DNA of 64,000 bases from Eledone cirrhosa. Its lineage: Eukaryota. Each line of letters opens with the position of its first letter. The stretch's first letter is position 1. The stretch is from the NCBI GenBank assembly GCA_964016885.1, contig OZ024749.1, forward strand, positions 9,238,001 through 9,302,000, given 5' to 3'. The translations under genes and the position numbers were made by a program. Below the pieces are notes generated by a model. That model was not told the DNA's origin. It did no database searches and saw only the letters and a program-made list of their open reading frames with translations. Shown here one piece after another: positions 12,885 through 24,904 of this stretch.

Positions 12885-15800
12885 TTTCTTTATTAGCCAC
12901 AAGGGCGCACAAGAAAAGGGGACAATACAAAGACATATGGCGGGAATTATACATACAGTCGTGTAAAAATATTGAAACAAACAATTATAACAATCGAAAT
13001 CCCCAATAGGGGGGAAGCGCGACAAATGGGTTGTTTAATACCCCGTCGATAGAACAACCCTCAACTTCAGGAGCGTGTTGTGCAAGTGATCCTTTCTTCC
13101 TTTTGCTCTCTTCTTCAACCTACAGGTTTATATACAGTGAAGGCCCAATCACTCAGGCAATTTTTGCTACATTCACCCACCTTTCAGTAAATTTACTGGG
13201 GTGAAGTGCCTTTCTCTCTCCACTCTGATTCTCCTTCTAAAGTGGTACCTAAAGAAGGGAATGAGTTGTTGTCCGGAGAGAAAGGCATCTGTCCTCAGTC
13301 CTCTCAATCTCATCCACCATATAACTTCTTTCACCATAGCCACTGTACAGAAGAAAACCACCTCTCTTTCGTTTTTGAAAGAAGTTGGCGGTTTGATCCT
13401 TACTATGGACTCGGCAGTCAACCGGATTTGTCCCATACGCGACAAGAGTTGTTCTGCGTATTTCCACGAGTCAGTTATCCCTGGGCAGTGTACGATTGCA
13501 TTCAAAATGGTTTCAATGTCCTGCATGCATCTTGGACACGTCCTCATGGAAGGATCCCTTCGGGGCATCCGTGCCTGTAGATCTTGTCTTGAACTGGTAG
13601 AGCTCCTCAGTAGCACTGCCAGGAAGTTGTCCATAGGTCCTGGGTGGAAAGTCCTACCAAACAGACTGGTGAGCTCGTTGTCTTCAACGCCTAGAGTCTC
13701 TCCGAGCACGTCGTCGCTCTTGTGACGTACTAACCCTCTATAGAATGTTGAAGTGGAGTCTCCACTAATTGCTGTGCCCGCTTGACAGAGGACTGTGAGC
13801 GCCTGAGTGCATTCAATGTGCCAGGCGCCCATCTTCTTCGGTCTCCGCTTGACCCATAACTGCAGTTCCGTCAGCGAGACAAGTTGCGGGAAGGCCTGTC
13901 TCACAAATGGTTCCCACACCGGTTGGTCGGTGAGGAATACCTGGAGATGCCGTAGCCTCAGCGCGTGTTTGTGCATCATCAGCCACGGCATTCCCAGCCC
14001 TCCGTTGGAAGGGTGCTGATAGCAGACGGATCTCCTCAACAGTGGAGCCTGCTTTTTCCAAAGGAACTGGAAGAGCATGCGTTCCATCTTGGTGAGGTGT
14101 TCACGGGGACAAGGCACGACAGTCAAGCAGTAGTAGATGACGGACACTATGAAAGTGTTCGCCACCTCCGCTCAACCTTTCAAGGATAGTTTGCACTCTG
14201 CCCACTTCTGGGTGAGCGCAAGTACCTTGGCCGTGACCTCGTTCCAGTTTTTCTCCACCTGGAGGTCCGGACCGAACCAAACCCCAAGCAATTTCACCGG
14301 TCCTTCCTTCCAGCGTCTGGCGATGCTGTCGGACGGCATCGGTTTGCCCCTCCACATTCTGAGTTGCAAACCGACAGACTTGTCCGGGTTCAGTTTTGGT
14401 CCTGTGAGCCTTTCGTAGTCCTGCAGTAAGTTGCCGATCACCTCAATTTCTGAGGTTTCTGACACCATTACTGTCATGTCATTGGCATAAGCTGATGCCG
14501 CTTTCCACAATCCCGGTTCCAACGGATGCCCTGCAGCAGCTCCAACTTCCGCAGTAGTGGCTCTAGAGTCAGTATGTACAGAATGGAGGAGAGAGGGCAT
14601 CTCTGTCGGATGGAATGTGTGATTGCGAATGGTTCCAATAGGTAGCCGTTCACCTTGACCGTCAAGCAGATGCTGGTGTGCATCGCCTTGATCCAGCCTC
14701 TGAAGATGGTCCGAAACCAGCCGCCTTGAGAACCGCTTCCAAGTATTGATGGTCGACCCTATCGAATGCCTTAGACTGATCTAAATTGATCAGAGCCCCA
14801 CCCTCTCTATGATGTATCACATGAGGTGAAGGTTGTCATGTATGGACCTGGTCGGGATTGCACACGTTTTCGCTTTCCCTACCAGGTTCTCGATGACAAG
14901 CGCCAGCCTCATTGCTAACACCTTGGCCAAACTCTTTAACTCTGTGTTGAGCAGAGTTATGGGGCTAAAGTTCGTCACCCTTGTTCTCATCTTTCCTGAT
15001 CAGCGTTACTACGCCCCTGCTTGCAGAACTGGTAATTCTCCCGTTCTACTGCCAGTTGCAGTAGACGGCTTCGAGGATGCCAAAGAACAAGCCCGGCATG
15101 CCTATGTAAAACTCATAGGGTAGACCATCTAGACCGGGTGATTTGCGTTTCCCCCAGTGACCCAGAGCGTCCCGTATCTCAGTGGTTGTGATCGGTCTTT
15201 CGCAGACTCAGCGTCCATGGTCAAGAGACGCGGCAGGCCATCGAGGTATGAACCGAAGTCCATTGCTCCGTTTGGCGCACCGCCGCTCTGCTCAAATAGT
15301 TGCGCAAAGTGCCGCTGAAAGGCCACACACATCCGCTTGGAGTCAAGTAGCATGCATCCATTTTGATCTTTCAAAGACCAAATCATGGACTTTTTGCCAC
15401 TTTTCGCCTCTGCTACTTGGGGCCAGCTAACAGCTTTTGCTCCTTCATTTCCTAGAGCACGTGATTTACTTCTGACCACGCAGCCTTAGTGTTTCATGTC
15501 GAAGAACTGGTCCAGTGCCATTCTCGTTGCTAGCACTCTAGCTGTGTTGCCACTCCTAAGCGCCTCCTCTACCTTGGCTACTAGTTCTGTTTCTGTTTTG
15601 TCTTTCTCTAAGGCTAGTTCTCTGCTAAAAGCTATTGACTCGACTCTAATTTCTCTCTTGAGAGAGTACCACCATCTATTGTTGACGATGACTCCCGTCA
15701 ACTTTTGCTTAACTAATCTACTTATCTGTTCACTGTAGGCTTTACATGTCGGTAACGACATGTTCAGCTTCCAGTATCCGGGTCCTTGTCTATGTATTCT

Positions 15801-16700
15801 ATCACGGTTAACTATGCAGATGACTACTTTGTGGTCTGAATAGGCAACCATGTGCATTTGTGGACAGCTTAACATCTTTTTGACTCTCTCTCTAATAAAT
15901 AACCTATCTAAATACGATCTAGATGTCCCACTGCGGTTTGTCCACGTCCACTGTGGTGCAGTCAGGAAATCTAGTCGATACCTATCGGCCAGTTGGAATT
16001 GGCCGATTAAATTTTTTAGTCTATATCCGGCAAAACCTCCTTCAAGGTTGCTTCTATTTCCCCTTGACTGAGGAATGCCGGCTTTCTTGTTTCATTTGAA
16101 ACAGTTCTCCAGGTAACTCTCCTTCAAAGTGTTTCAAGACGAATTTTTGGGGCTGAGTTTATCTTAAACACACTATTTTCTCCGAAAATGATAAATTTGC
16201 TTTAGAAAGCATCTGTCTCGCATTAGAGATATCGAGATCCTTAAAGTCTTGTTTATTTATGATTGTTGTTGCTGTTGTGGTTGTCACTTTTTTCGTTTGT
16301 AGTTGTGTAAATTGTTTCATTTTCTGTGGTTTTTTATGTCTGTTGTGAGCTGTGTGGTCCAACTTGTGGGTTGCATTTTTCGCTTTCATTGTGAAACAAA
16401 TCTTTGTTTTCACTACTTGTCACCATAGTGATGTTTATACAGGCAGAGCTTGTAGCAACGTTACTCTCTGTCTTTCTTTCTCTATTTTTTTCATCGGCGT
16501 TCGCAAGCGTTGCTTCCACTGAGCTAGCCATTATCGCTGCAAAATATTTTAGCTTTACAAAATGAGATTACTGCCCAGCTGAAAATTCAGCCTGGGGGTT
16601 AATCTATGAAACAGTGTATTTTTTAACAAAAAGTTTCTGTTTTTTGCATGTAAAATTTACAAAAAAACTTACCAGCAAAGTGGTACAAGTCCAGACTATC
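12885..16700 (-). mobile_element. L1/Tx1-clade LINE, degraded (EN C-terminal part, RT, C-terminal zinc finger; probable 5'UTR/ORF1 start)
   Basis: ORF fragments contain YSDHK and GPGYWKLN (APE end), RQRCPLS, YAND (mutated YADD), GGLGMP and CPRC. Many frameshifts. The 3' end AATAAAGAAA abuts (TCTA)n. 16030-16700 is AT-richer with an MASSV start. Confidence 0.9.
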
Positions 16701-16737
16701 TGAGATAGATAGATGGATAAATAGATAGATAGATAGA

Positions 16738-19225
16738 TTTCTTTATTAGCCACAAGGGCGCAACAAGAAAGGGGACAATACAAAGACATGCCGGGGATTT
16801 TACATACAGTCGTGTAAAAAATATAAAAACAAACAATTTCAACAATCGAAATCCCCAACAGTGGGGAGGCGCCACAAATGGGTTGTTTAATACCCCGTCG
16901 ATAGAACAACCCTCAACTCCAGGAGCGTGTTGTGCAAGTGCTCCTTTCTTCCTTTTGCTCTCTTCCTCAACCTACAGGCTTATAAACAGAGAAGGCCCAA
17001 TCACTCGGGCCATTTTTGCCTCATTCACCCCCCTTTCAGTAAATTTACTGGGGTGCAGTGCCTTTCTCTCCACCCTGATTCTCCTTCTAAAGTGATACTT
17101 AAAGAAGGGAATCAATTGTTGTCCGGAGAGAAAGGCATCTGTCCTCAGTCCTCTCAACCTCGTCCACCATATAACTTCTTTCACCATAGCCACCGTACAG
17201 AGGAAAACCGCCTCTCTTTCGTTTTTGAAAGAGTCTGGCGGTTTGATCCTTACTATGGACTCGGCAGTCAACTGGATTTGTCCCATACGCGACAGCAGTT
17301 GTTCTGCATAGTTCCACAGGTCGGTTACGCCCGGGCAGTGTACAATTGCGTGCAGAACTGTTTCAATGTCCTGCGCACATCTTGGACACGTCCTCTTGGA
17401 AGGATCACTGCCAGGGCGTCCATGCCTGTAGATCTTGTCACGAACCGGTAGAGCTCCTCGGTAGCACTGCCAGGCCAGGGACCTCTGGAAGTTGTCCATA
17501 GGTCCTGGGCGGAAATTCCTACCAAACAGACTGGTCAGCTCATCGTCTTCGACGCCCAGAGTCTCTCCGAGCACGTCGTCGCCCTTGTAACGTACAATCC
17601 CTCTATAGAATGTTGAAGTGGAGTCTCCACTGATTGCTGTGCCTGCTTGCCAGAGGACTGTGAGCGCCTGAGCGCATTCAATGTGCCAGGCGCCCATCGT
17701 TTTCGGTCTTTTCTTCACCCAGGACTGCAGCTCCGTTAGCGAGACGAGCTGTGGAAAAGCCTGTCTCACAAACGGTGCCCACACCGGTTGGGGGTCGGTG
17801 AGTAATACCTGGAGATGCCGCAGCCTCAGCGCATGTTTGCGCATCATCAGCCACGGCATTCCCAGCCCTCCATAGGAAGGGTGCTGACAGCAGACGGATC
17901 TCCTCACCAGCGGAGCCTGCTTTTTCCACAGAAACTGGAAGAGCATGCGTTCCATCTTGGCGAGGTGTTCACGGGGACAAGGCACGACAGTCAAGCGGTA
18001 GTAGATGACGGACGCTATGAAAGTGTTCGCCACTTCCGCTCGACCTTTCAAGGACAGTTTGCACTCTGCCCACTTCTGAGTGAATGCAAACACCTTGGCC
18101 GTGACCTCGTTCCAGTTTTTCTCCACCTGGAGGTCTGGACCGAACCAGACCCCGAGCAATTTCACCGGTCCGTCCGTCCAGCGTCCAACGACGCTGTCGG
18201 ATGTCATTAGTTTGCCTCTCCACGTACCGAGTTGCAAACCGACAGACTTGTCTGGGTTTAGTTTTGCTCCCATCAGCGTTTCGTATTCTTTCAGTAAGTT
18301 GCCGATCACCCCGATTTCCGAGGTGCTCGACACCATTACCGTTACGTCGTCGGCATAAGCCGATGCCGCTTTGCGCAGTCCCGGTTCTAGGGCGATGCCC
18401 TGCAACAGCTCCAGTTTCCGCAGTAGTCGCTCTAGAATCAATACATACAGAATGGAGGAGAGAGGGCATCCCTGTCGAATGGAACGCGTGATTGCGAACG
18501 GCTCCGATAGGTAGCCGTTCACCCTGACCCTCGAGCAGATGCTGGTGTGCATCGCCTCGATGCATCCTCTGAACACGGGACCGAAACCGGCCGCCTTGAG
18601 AACCGCTTCCAAGTATCGATGGTCGACCCTATCGAATGCTCCAAGTTGATCAGAGCCCCACCGAAGCCGGGTTTACTACCCACCCTCTCTATGATGTATC
18701 GCATGAGGTGGAGGTTGTCGTGTATGGACCTGGTCGGGATTGCACACGTTTGCGCTTTCCCTACCAGGTTCTTGACGACAAGCGCCAACCTCATCGCTAG
18801 CACCTTGGCCAAAATCTTTAACTCTGTGTTGAGCAGAGTTATGGGCCTGAAGTTGTTAATTTCGTCCCCCTTGTTCTCGTCTTTCTTGATCAGCGTTACT
18901 ACTCCCTTGCCTGCAGAACTGGGAATTCTCCCGTTCTGCTGCCAATTGCAGTAGACGGCTTCGAGGATGCCAAAGAACAAGTCCGACATGCCTATGTAAA
19001 ATTCGTAGGGTAGACCATCTAGACCGGGTGACTTGCGTTTCCCGCAGCGGCCCAGAGCGTCCCGTATCTCAGTGTCCGTGATCGGTCTTTCGCAGAACTC
19101 GGCGTCCGTGTTCGAGAGACGTGGCAGGCCGTCGAGGTATGAACTAAAGTCCATTGCCCCGTTCGGCTCACCGTCGTTCTGCTCAAACAGTCGTGCAAAG
19201 TGCGGCTGAAATCGGCTCCTCGCAA
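16738..19225 (-). mobile_element. L1/Tx1-clade LINE, 5'-truncated, younger copy
   Basis: ORFs 18519-19154 (KSPGLDGLPYEFY, NFRPITLLNTELKILAK) and 16972-18612 (RQGCPLS, YADD, CPRC..ETVLHAIVHC) are separated by one frameshifting deletion in the LDQSKAFDRV motif. (GATA)n lies on both sides. Confidence 0.95.
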
Positions 19226-19237
19226 TAGATAGTTAGG

Positions 19238-19304
<67 letters not shown>

Positions 19305-19403
19305 GTAAAACCGTAGATAGATATATCGACAGATAGAAAAGGCTAGAGAGATATGTAGTTAGACAGAAAGATGGACGGTTGGATAGATGGATAGATAGAT
19401 ATA

Positions 19404-19788
19404 TTTCTTTATTAGCCACAGGGGCACAAAAGAAGGGGACAAATACAAAGGGGGAAGTTTACATACAATAAAAACGTGTAAAATGTTATCACAGATGGAA
19501 TTTAAAAGTTAGTCGATTTTCCCCAATAGAGGGAGACAGTTTATATGGGTAACACATACCCCCGAAAAAAAAATGTGCAACCCTCATCTCCAGGAGTACG
19601 AAGAGCTTGTACTCCTTTCCTCTCCTCCTCCTTTTCCTCAACCTACAGGCTGATATAGAGAGAAGGCCCATTCACTCGGGCCATTCTCGCCACTTTCACC
19701 CACCTTTCATAAAACTTGCTGGGGTACAGCACCTCTCTCTCCATCCTGATTCTTCTTCCAAAGTGGTATTTGAAAAAAAGAATCAGTT

Positions 19789-19790
<2 letters not shown>
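19404..19790 (-). mobile_element. 3' fragment of a related L1/Tx1 subfamily
   Basis: Same GTGGCTAATAAAGAAA terminus and homologous ORF2 end; flanked by (GATA)n on both sides. Confidence 0.85.
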
Positions 19791-19854
<64 letters not shown>

Positions 19855-20120
19855 CAAACGGATGGATGGATAGAAAAATAAATATATCTATATCTATATA
19901 TTTAGAGAGAGTGAGAGAAAGAGAGTAGGGATAGATTAATTATTGACTGATGTTGAAGATTTTGCAGGAAATAAGTGGAGAATGTCTTGGAGCTATTTAC
20001 ATATCTATTTTACTAGATGTGACTAACCTGGGGCACATGGTGTGTGGGGTGAGGTAGGACTGGTGGTAGGGTGGTAGGAAACATAATGGTAAGTTGGAAG
20101 AGAGAATAGGGTTGTATATA

Positions 20121-20161
<41 letters not shown>

Positions 20162-20247
20162 TGTATATATATATATATATGTATGTATATATATGTATAC
20201 ATATATATGAGAGAGAGGGAGACAATGAGAAACACATATGTATAGAC

Positions 20248-20328
<81 letters not shown>

Positions 20329-20352
20329 GAGAAAGAAACACATATGTATAGA

Positions 20353-20811
20353 CATAGGAAAATGTATGACCCCGACGGCAGAGCTCAAGCCGTTTCGACG
20401 GCTATTTCTGGACTATTCCAGAAATAGCCATCGAAACGGCTTGAGCTCTGCGTCGGGGTCATACATTTTCCTATTACCCACTCTACTACCCTAAATATTG
20501 AGTACTTTGGTGCGTTATGGTGCATCTGGTTCCTTACCACAACTCCTTCGTTATATATATATATATATACATACATATATATATACATATATATATATAT
20601 ACGCATATATATATATATATAGGAGTAAGTAAGACCCCGACGGCTGAGCTCAAGCCGTTTCGACAGTTAATTCTGTCACAGAATTAGCCGTCGAAACGGC
20701 TTGAGCTCAGCCGTCGGGGTCTTACTTACTCCTATTACCCACTCTACTACCCTAAGTATTGAGTACTTTGGTGCGTTATGGTCCACCTGGTTCCTTACCA
20801 CTTTTCCCTCG

Positions 20812-20812
<1 letters not shown>
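20353..20812. repeat. Two tandem units, each a ~120-bp palindrome plus an ~80-bp tail, built from the 3' half of a hammerhead-bearing repeat
   Basis: Palindromes at 20353-20474 and 20619-20735. Arms contain GAAACGGCTTGAGCTC(A/T)G(C)CGTCGGGGT, matching the hammerhead at 24-119. Confidence 0.9.
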
Positions 20813-20893
<81 letters not shown>

Positions 20894-20894
20894 G

Positions 20895-20976
<82 letters not shown>

Positions 20977-21001
20977 AACATACATATATACAAACATACA
21001 T

Positions 21002-21032
<31 letters not shown>

Positions 21033-21034
21033 CG

Positions 21035-21070
<36 letters not shown>

Positions 21071-21127
21071 AACATACATATATACAAACATACATATATA
21101 CAAACATACATATATACAAACATACAT

Positions 21128-21174
<47 letters not shown>

Positions 21175-21303
21175 CAAAGAGATATGTAATTTGCAGGTTA
21201 TTCAACAAATTTATTTATAACAGATTTGAAGCACTCTACAAGTTTTCTGGAGTATAATATCAATGATATTAATAAATGGAAACTATATTTATAAAACCAT
21301 ATT

Positions 21304-21364
21304 TATTTTATTATATATATTTCAAGGGTACCAACATTTTTGTACGCCCTCATCAGATAAAATA
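21304..21364 (-). ncRNA. Minimal type I hammerhead ribozyme
   Basis: TATTTTAT-CTGATGA-GGGCGTAC..GTACCCTT-GAAA-TATATA-TA-ATAAAATA; perfect 8-bp stem I and intact core. Confidence 0.8.
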
Positions 21365-21512
21365 CAAAATTTGTTTTATATATGGTGACATACCCAAGAA
21401 ACCAGACCTTATCGGTTCAGGTTCAGTTTGGATAGAGAAAGAAAAATTTCAAATCCTTAGGATGAATATGTAAATACGTAAGGCTGAAAAAAGATCATTA
21501 TATTTAGACGAT

Positions 21513-21963
21513 AAGGGCGGTGGATTGGCAGTATCGGTAGAGGGTCGGACGCCATGCTTTCCAGCATAGTTACGTCCCTTTACCATCTGAGTTCAAATCC
21601 CGCCGAGGTTGACTTTGCCTTTCATCCTTACGGGGTCAATAAAATAAAGTACCAGTAATGCACTGGTAATTGCTGGCCTTGTGCCTAAAGTAGAAACAAT
21701 TATATTTAGACGATAAAATAAAGTACCAGTAATGCACTGGGATAATTGCTGGCCTTGTGCCTAAAGTAGAAACAATTATATTTAGATCGGTAGAGGGTCG
21801 GACGCCATGCTTTCCAGCATAGTTATGTCCTTTACGGTCTCAGTTCAAATCCCGCCGAGGTTAACTTTACCTTTCATCCTTACGGGGTCGATAAAATAAA
21901 GTACCAGTAATGTACTGGTTAATTGCTGGCCTTGTGCCAAAAAGTAGAAACAATTATATTTAG
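21513..21963 (+). mobile_element. tRNA-derived SINE (family B) with partial tandem duplications
   Basis: Head GGGCGGTGGATTGGCAG..GAGTTCAAATCCC; core GCCTTTCATCCTTACGGGGTC; direct repeat ATTATATTTAGACGATAA at ~21497 and ~21699. Confidence 0.85.
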
Positions 21964-22160
21964 CTAGGTAAATTTAAATAATTATTAGGATAATTTATAA
22001 ACGTATGTATATATGTGTATATATTATATTATATTGATATATTCATATATGCTCACACATACTATTACATATATATACTTTTGTTAAATGTATATAGATT
22101 TCTATTGTTTTACTCCCACAGTGGTGTTTGGTGTATATTTCAAACATGGACTTTAGTGTC

Positions 22161-22192
<32 letters not shown>

Positions 22193-22195
<3 letters not shown>

Positions 22196-22490
22196 AACCT
22201 TGGTCTTCCTCTTCTAGTGTGTCCATGTAGGGGCTCCCAAAGGAGTACTGAGTGCAATATCAACTCTGGATGTCGGTGAGCATGTCCAGCTAACCTCAGT
22301 CTCCTCTGTGTCACTTTTGAGCTGACTTTTGGGACACACTAGAAGAGGAAGACCAAGGTTAACGTATGTTGATGCCCTAAGGACAGACACTGATCTGTTG
22401 GAGACATGGGGCATGGCAGCGATAATGAGGGACAGAGACCGCTGGAGAGAACTCGTCCATGGATCTCGGGAATTTTACCCGCCTTAGATA
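22193..22490 (+). mobile_element. RTE-like LINE 3' end with 5' inversion
   Basis: Plus strand 22331-22490 encodes RRGRPRLTYVDALRTD..MRDRDRWRELV. Minus strand 22193-22330 encodes the upstream RRLRLAGHAHRHPELILHSVLLWEP. Confidence 0.8.
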
Positions 22491-22581
22491 GATATATATA
22501 TATATGTAGACTTTCCAGGGATAACTTGAACCTTTAAGGTATATTATCTTTGGTCATGTCAAATAATTATAAAACATTTTG

Positions 22582-22643
22582 TATTTTATCTGATGATAGC
22601 GTACCAAAATTTTTGGTACCCTTGAAATATATAAAATAGAATA
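22582..22643 (+). ncRNA. Minimal type I hammerhead-like motif (degenerate), inverted partner of the 21304 copy
   Basis: TATTTTAT-CTGATGA-..GTACCAAAATTTTTGGTAC..-GAAA-TATATA-AA-ATAGAATA. Lies in ~22505-22690, an inverted copy of ~21260-21470. Confidence 0.6.
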
Positions 22644-22756
22644 AATATGATTTTATAAATATAGTTTCCATTTATTTAATATCATTGTATATATATATAT
22701 ATATATATATATTATTCAGAATAATAATAAATGAAGACATTCACATAATCAAAATA

Positions 22757-22822
22757 TGTTTTATTATATATATTTCGAAGGTACTGTGCTGTTTTTTCAG
22801 TACGTCCTCGTCAGATAAAATA
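22757..22822 (-). ncRNA. Minimal type I hammerhead ribozyme
   Basis: TATTTTAT-CTGACGA-GGACGTACTG..CAGTACCTTC-GAAA-TATATA-TA-ATAAAACA. Confidence 0.8.
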
Positions 22823-22894
22823 CATGAATTGATGTATGACATACCTCAACGGTCTTGATGGCTCAATTTCAGTATTGGCAGGTATATATATATA

Positions 22895-23270
22895 TCATCA
22901 TCATCATCATACGTCGACTACTGTCGAGATGATGGATCTCACTCTCATGCCCCAGAATTCCCTGTCCCCCATCGCTGCCCCCAGGTCCTGTCTACTGATT
23001 CCCGTATCCCTAGAGATAATGTCAGGGAATGACAGCTTCCTACTCCTAGTCAGGCTGGAGTCAGGGTTCCAGAGCAAGAGAGCGGATATGATTTCATTGC
23101 TGGCACGGTGACAGTGGCCAGCAAATTGAGCTCTCCGGGATTTTAGAAGGGCAGAGGCTCGAGGGAGTTTGCCATAGATTTTAGACAAGGTGGGATGTCG
23201 TTTCCAGGATAGGTTTTGCACTCTCATTAAGAAGCGGGTATATGTGCCATCCAATCTCCTCTCAAGTTGA
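22895..23270 (-). mobile_element. RTE-like LINE 3' fragment
   Basis: LERRLDGTYTRFLMRVQNLSWKRH..RRAQFAGHCHR..DREFW; the ORF ends directly in a (TGA)n tail. Confidence 0.8.
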
Positions 23271-23301
23271 TATATATATACCTGCCAATATATATATATA
23301 T

Positions 23302-23630
23302 GGAGGCACATGGCTTAGTGGTTAGAGCATTGGCCTTGCAATCGAAAGGTTGTGAGTTCAATTCTCAGACCGGGTGATGTGTTGTTTCCTTGAGCAAGAG
23401 ACTTTATTTCACATTGCTCCAGTTTACTCAGCTGTAGAAATGAGATGATAGGGACCCCATTGCAAAGTGGTCGTGGAGGTGCCACGGCAAAAAAGCACCC
23501 AGCACTCACTGTAAATGAGGTTGGTGTTAGGAAGGGCAACCAGCTGTAGAATTCATGCCAGAATCAGTTCCCGTCCCACCCTTGCAAGCAGGGAAAAGCG
23601 GACGTAAAATGAAATGAAATGAAAAATGAA
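23302..23630 (+). mobile_element. tRNA-derived SINE (family A), near full length
   Basis: GGAGGCACATGGCTTAGTGGTTAGAGCA (A box), GAGTTCAATTC (B box), conserved core and RTE-type tail. Other copies at 29977-30312 and 46802-47152. Confidence 0.9.
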
Positions 23631-23634
23631 ATGA

Positions 23635-24125
23635 ATAAGTATGTATACGTACATAGATATATGTATACAGACGTTCAGTAGTATGTATATATATATACAT
23701 ACATGCTGCACACATATGTATATGTACGTATGGATTCACCGAACATTTATTATAATGTAAACAAACATCCTGAATTAAGCCGTACAGTGTCTAGCAACCA
23801 TCGTTGCTCATTTGTTCAACCCTGACAAAGGAACGCTGTACTAGTTTCAAGCTTATTAGCTATCGTCAGCAACGTATACCTTCCTGCCAGATGATTGAAC
23901 GTCTGAAAGTATATACTTTCCTTATGCATATTAACGGCTGAGCAGCCTAATTTGCATATCGAGTGAGTTAATCGGCCGGCGTACCGACAATATATATATA
24001 TGTGTGCATGTATGTATATATATATACATACTACTGTACGTCTGTATACATATATGTATGTACGTATACATACTTATATTTAAGTAACAGTCATTTTTTC
24101 CATTTATATATATATATATAGATGT

Positions 24126-24192
<67 letters not shown>

Positions 24193-24697
24193 TACATATA
24201 CATATATAAATGGAAAAAATGAAATTTCATTTCTCACTCTTAGTACGGCTGATACTTAAATATAAGTATGTATACATACATACATATAAGTATACAGACG
24301 TACAGTAGTATGTATATACATACATACATGCACACATATATATATATATGTATGTATGGGTTTACCGAACATTTATTATAATGCTCAATTTGTTTGCAAA
24401 CAAACAGCCCGAATTATTAGCCGTTCAGTATTCGGCAACCATCGCTGCCATTTTGTTTAACACTGACAAAGGAACGATCAACTAGTTTCCAGCTTATTAG
24501 CTGTCATCAGCACTGTATGCCTTCCTGTCAGTTGATTGAACGTTCAATTTAAGTATCAGCCGTACTAAGATTGAGAAATGAAATTTCATTTTTTCCATAT
24601 ATCATTTTCGGTACCCTGGCCGACTAACTCACTTGATATGCAAATTAGGCTGCTCAGCTGTTAATATGCATAAGGAAAGTATATACTTTCAAACGTT
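23635..24697. mobile_element. Penelope-pLTR-like non-coding repeat with direct and inverted duplications
   Basis: 23635-23902 is directly repeated at 24262-24545. 23897-23988 and 24207-24261 are inverted copies of 24607-24697 and 24547-24600. Each direct repeat has a hammerhead core. Confidence 0.7.
23833..23875 (-). ncRNA. Very compact type I hammerhead ribozyme
   Basis: ACGTTG-CTGACGA-tAGCT aata AGCTt-GAAA-CTAG-TA-CAGCGT. The sibling at ~24474-24516 has CTGATGA-CAGCT aata AGCTG-GAAA-CTAG. Confidence 0.75.
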
Positions 24698-24904
24698 GTG
24701 GTGGTGGTGTAGTGATGATGGTGATGGTGGTGGTGGTGGTGGTGGTGGTGGTGGTGGTGGTGCTGATGGTGGTGGTGGTGGTGGTGATGGTGGTGATAGT
24801 GGTGGTGGTGGTAGTGTAGTGGTGTGTGTGTGTGGGTGGGGGTCAATTTGAGGTGGTACAATTATTTGAGGTGGTACAATTATTTGTCTGTCTGTCTATC
24901 TGTC

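Noticed and set aside
23302-23375. Functional tRNA gene
   Set aside because: A and B boxes are present, but the sequence continues into a SINE body and occurs in multiple diverged copies.
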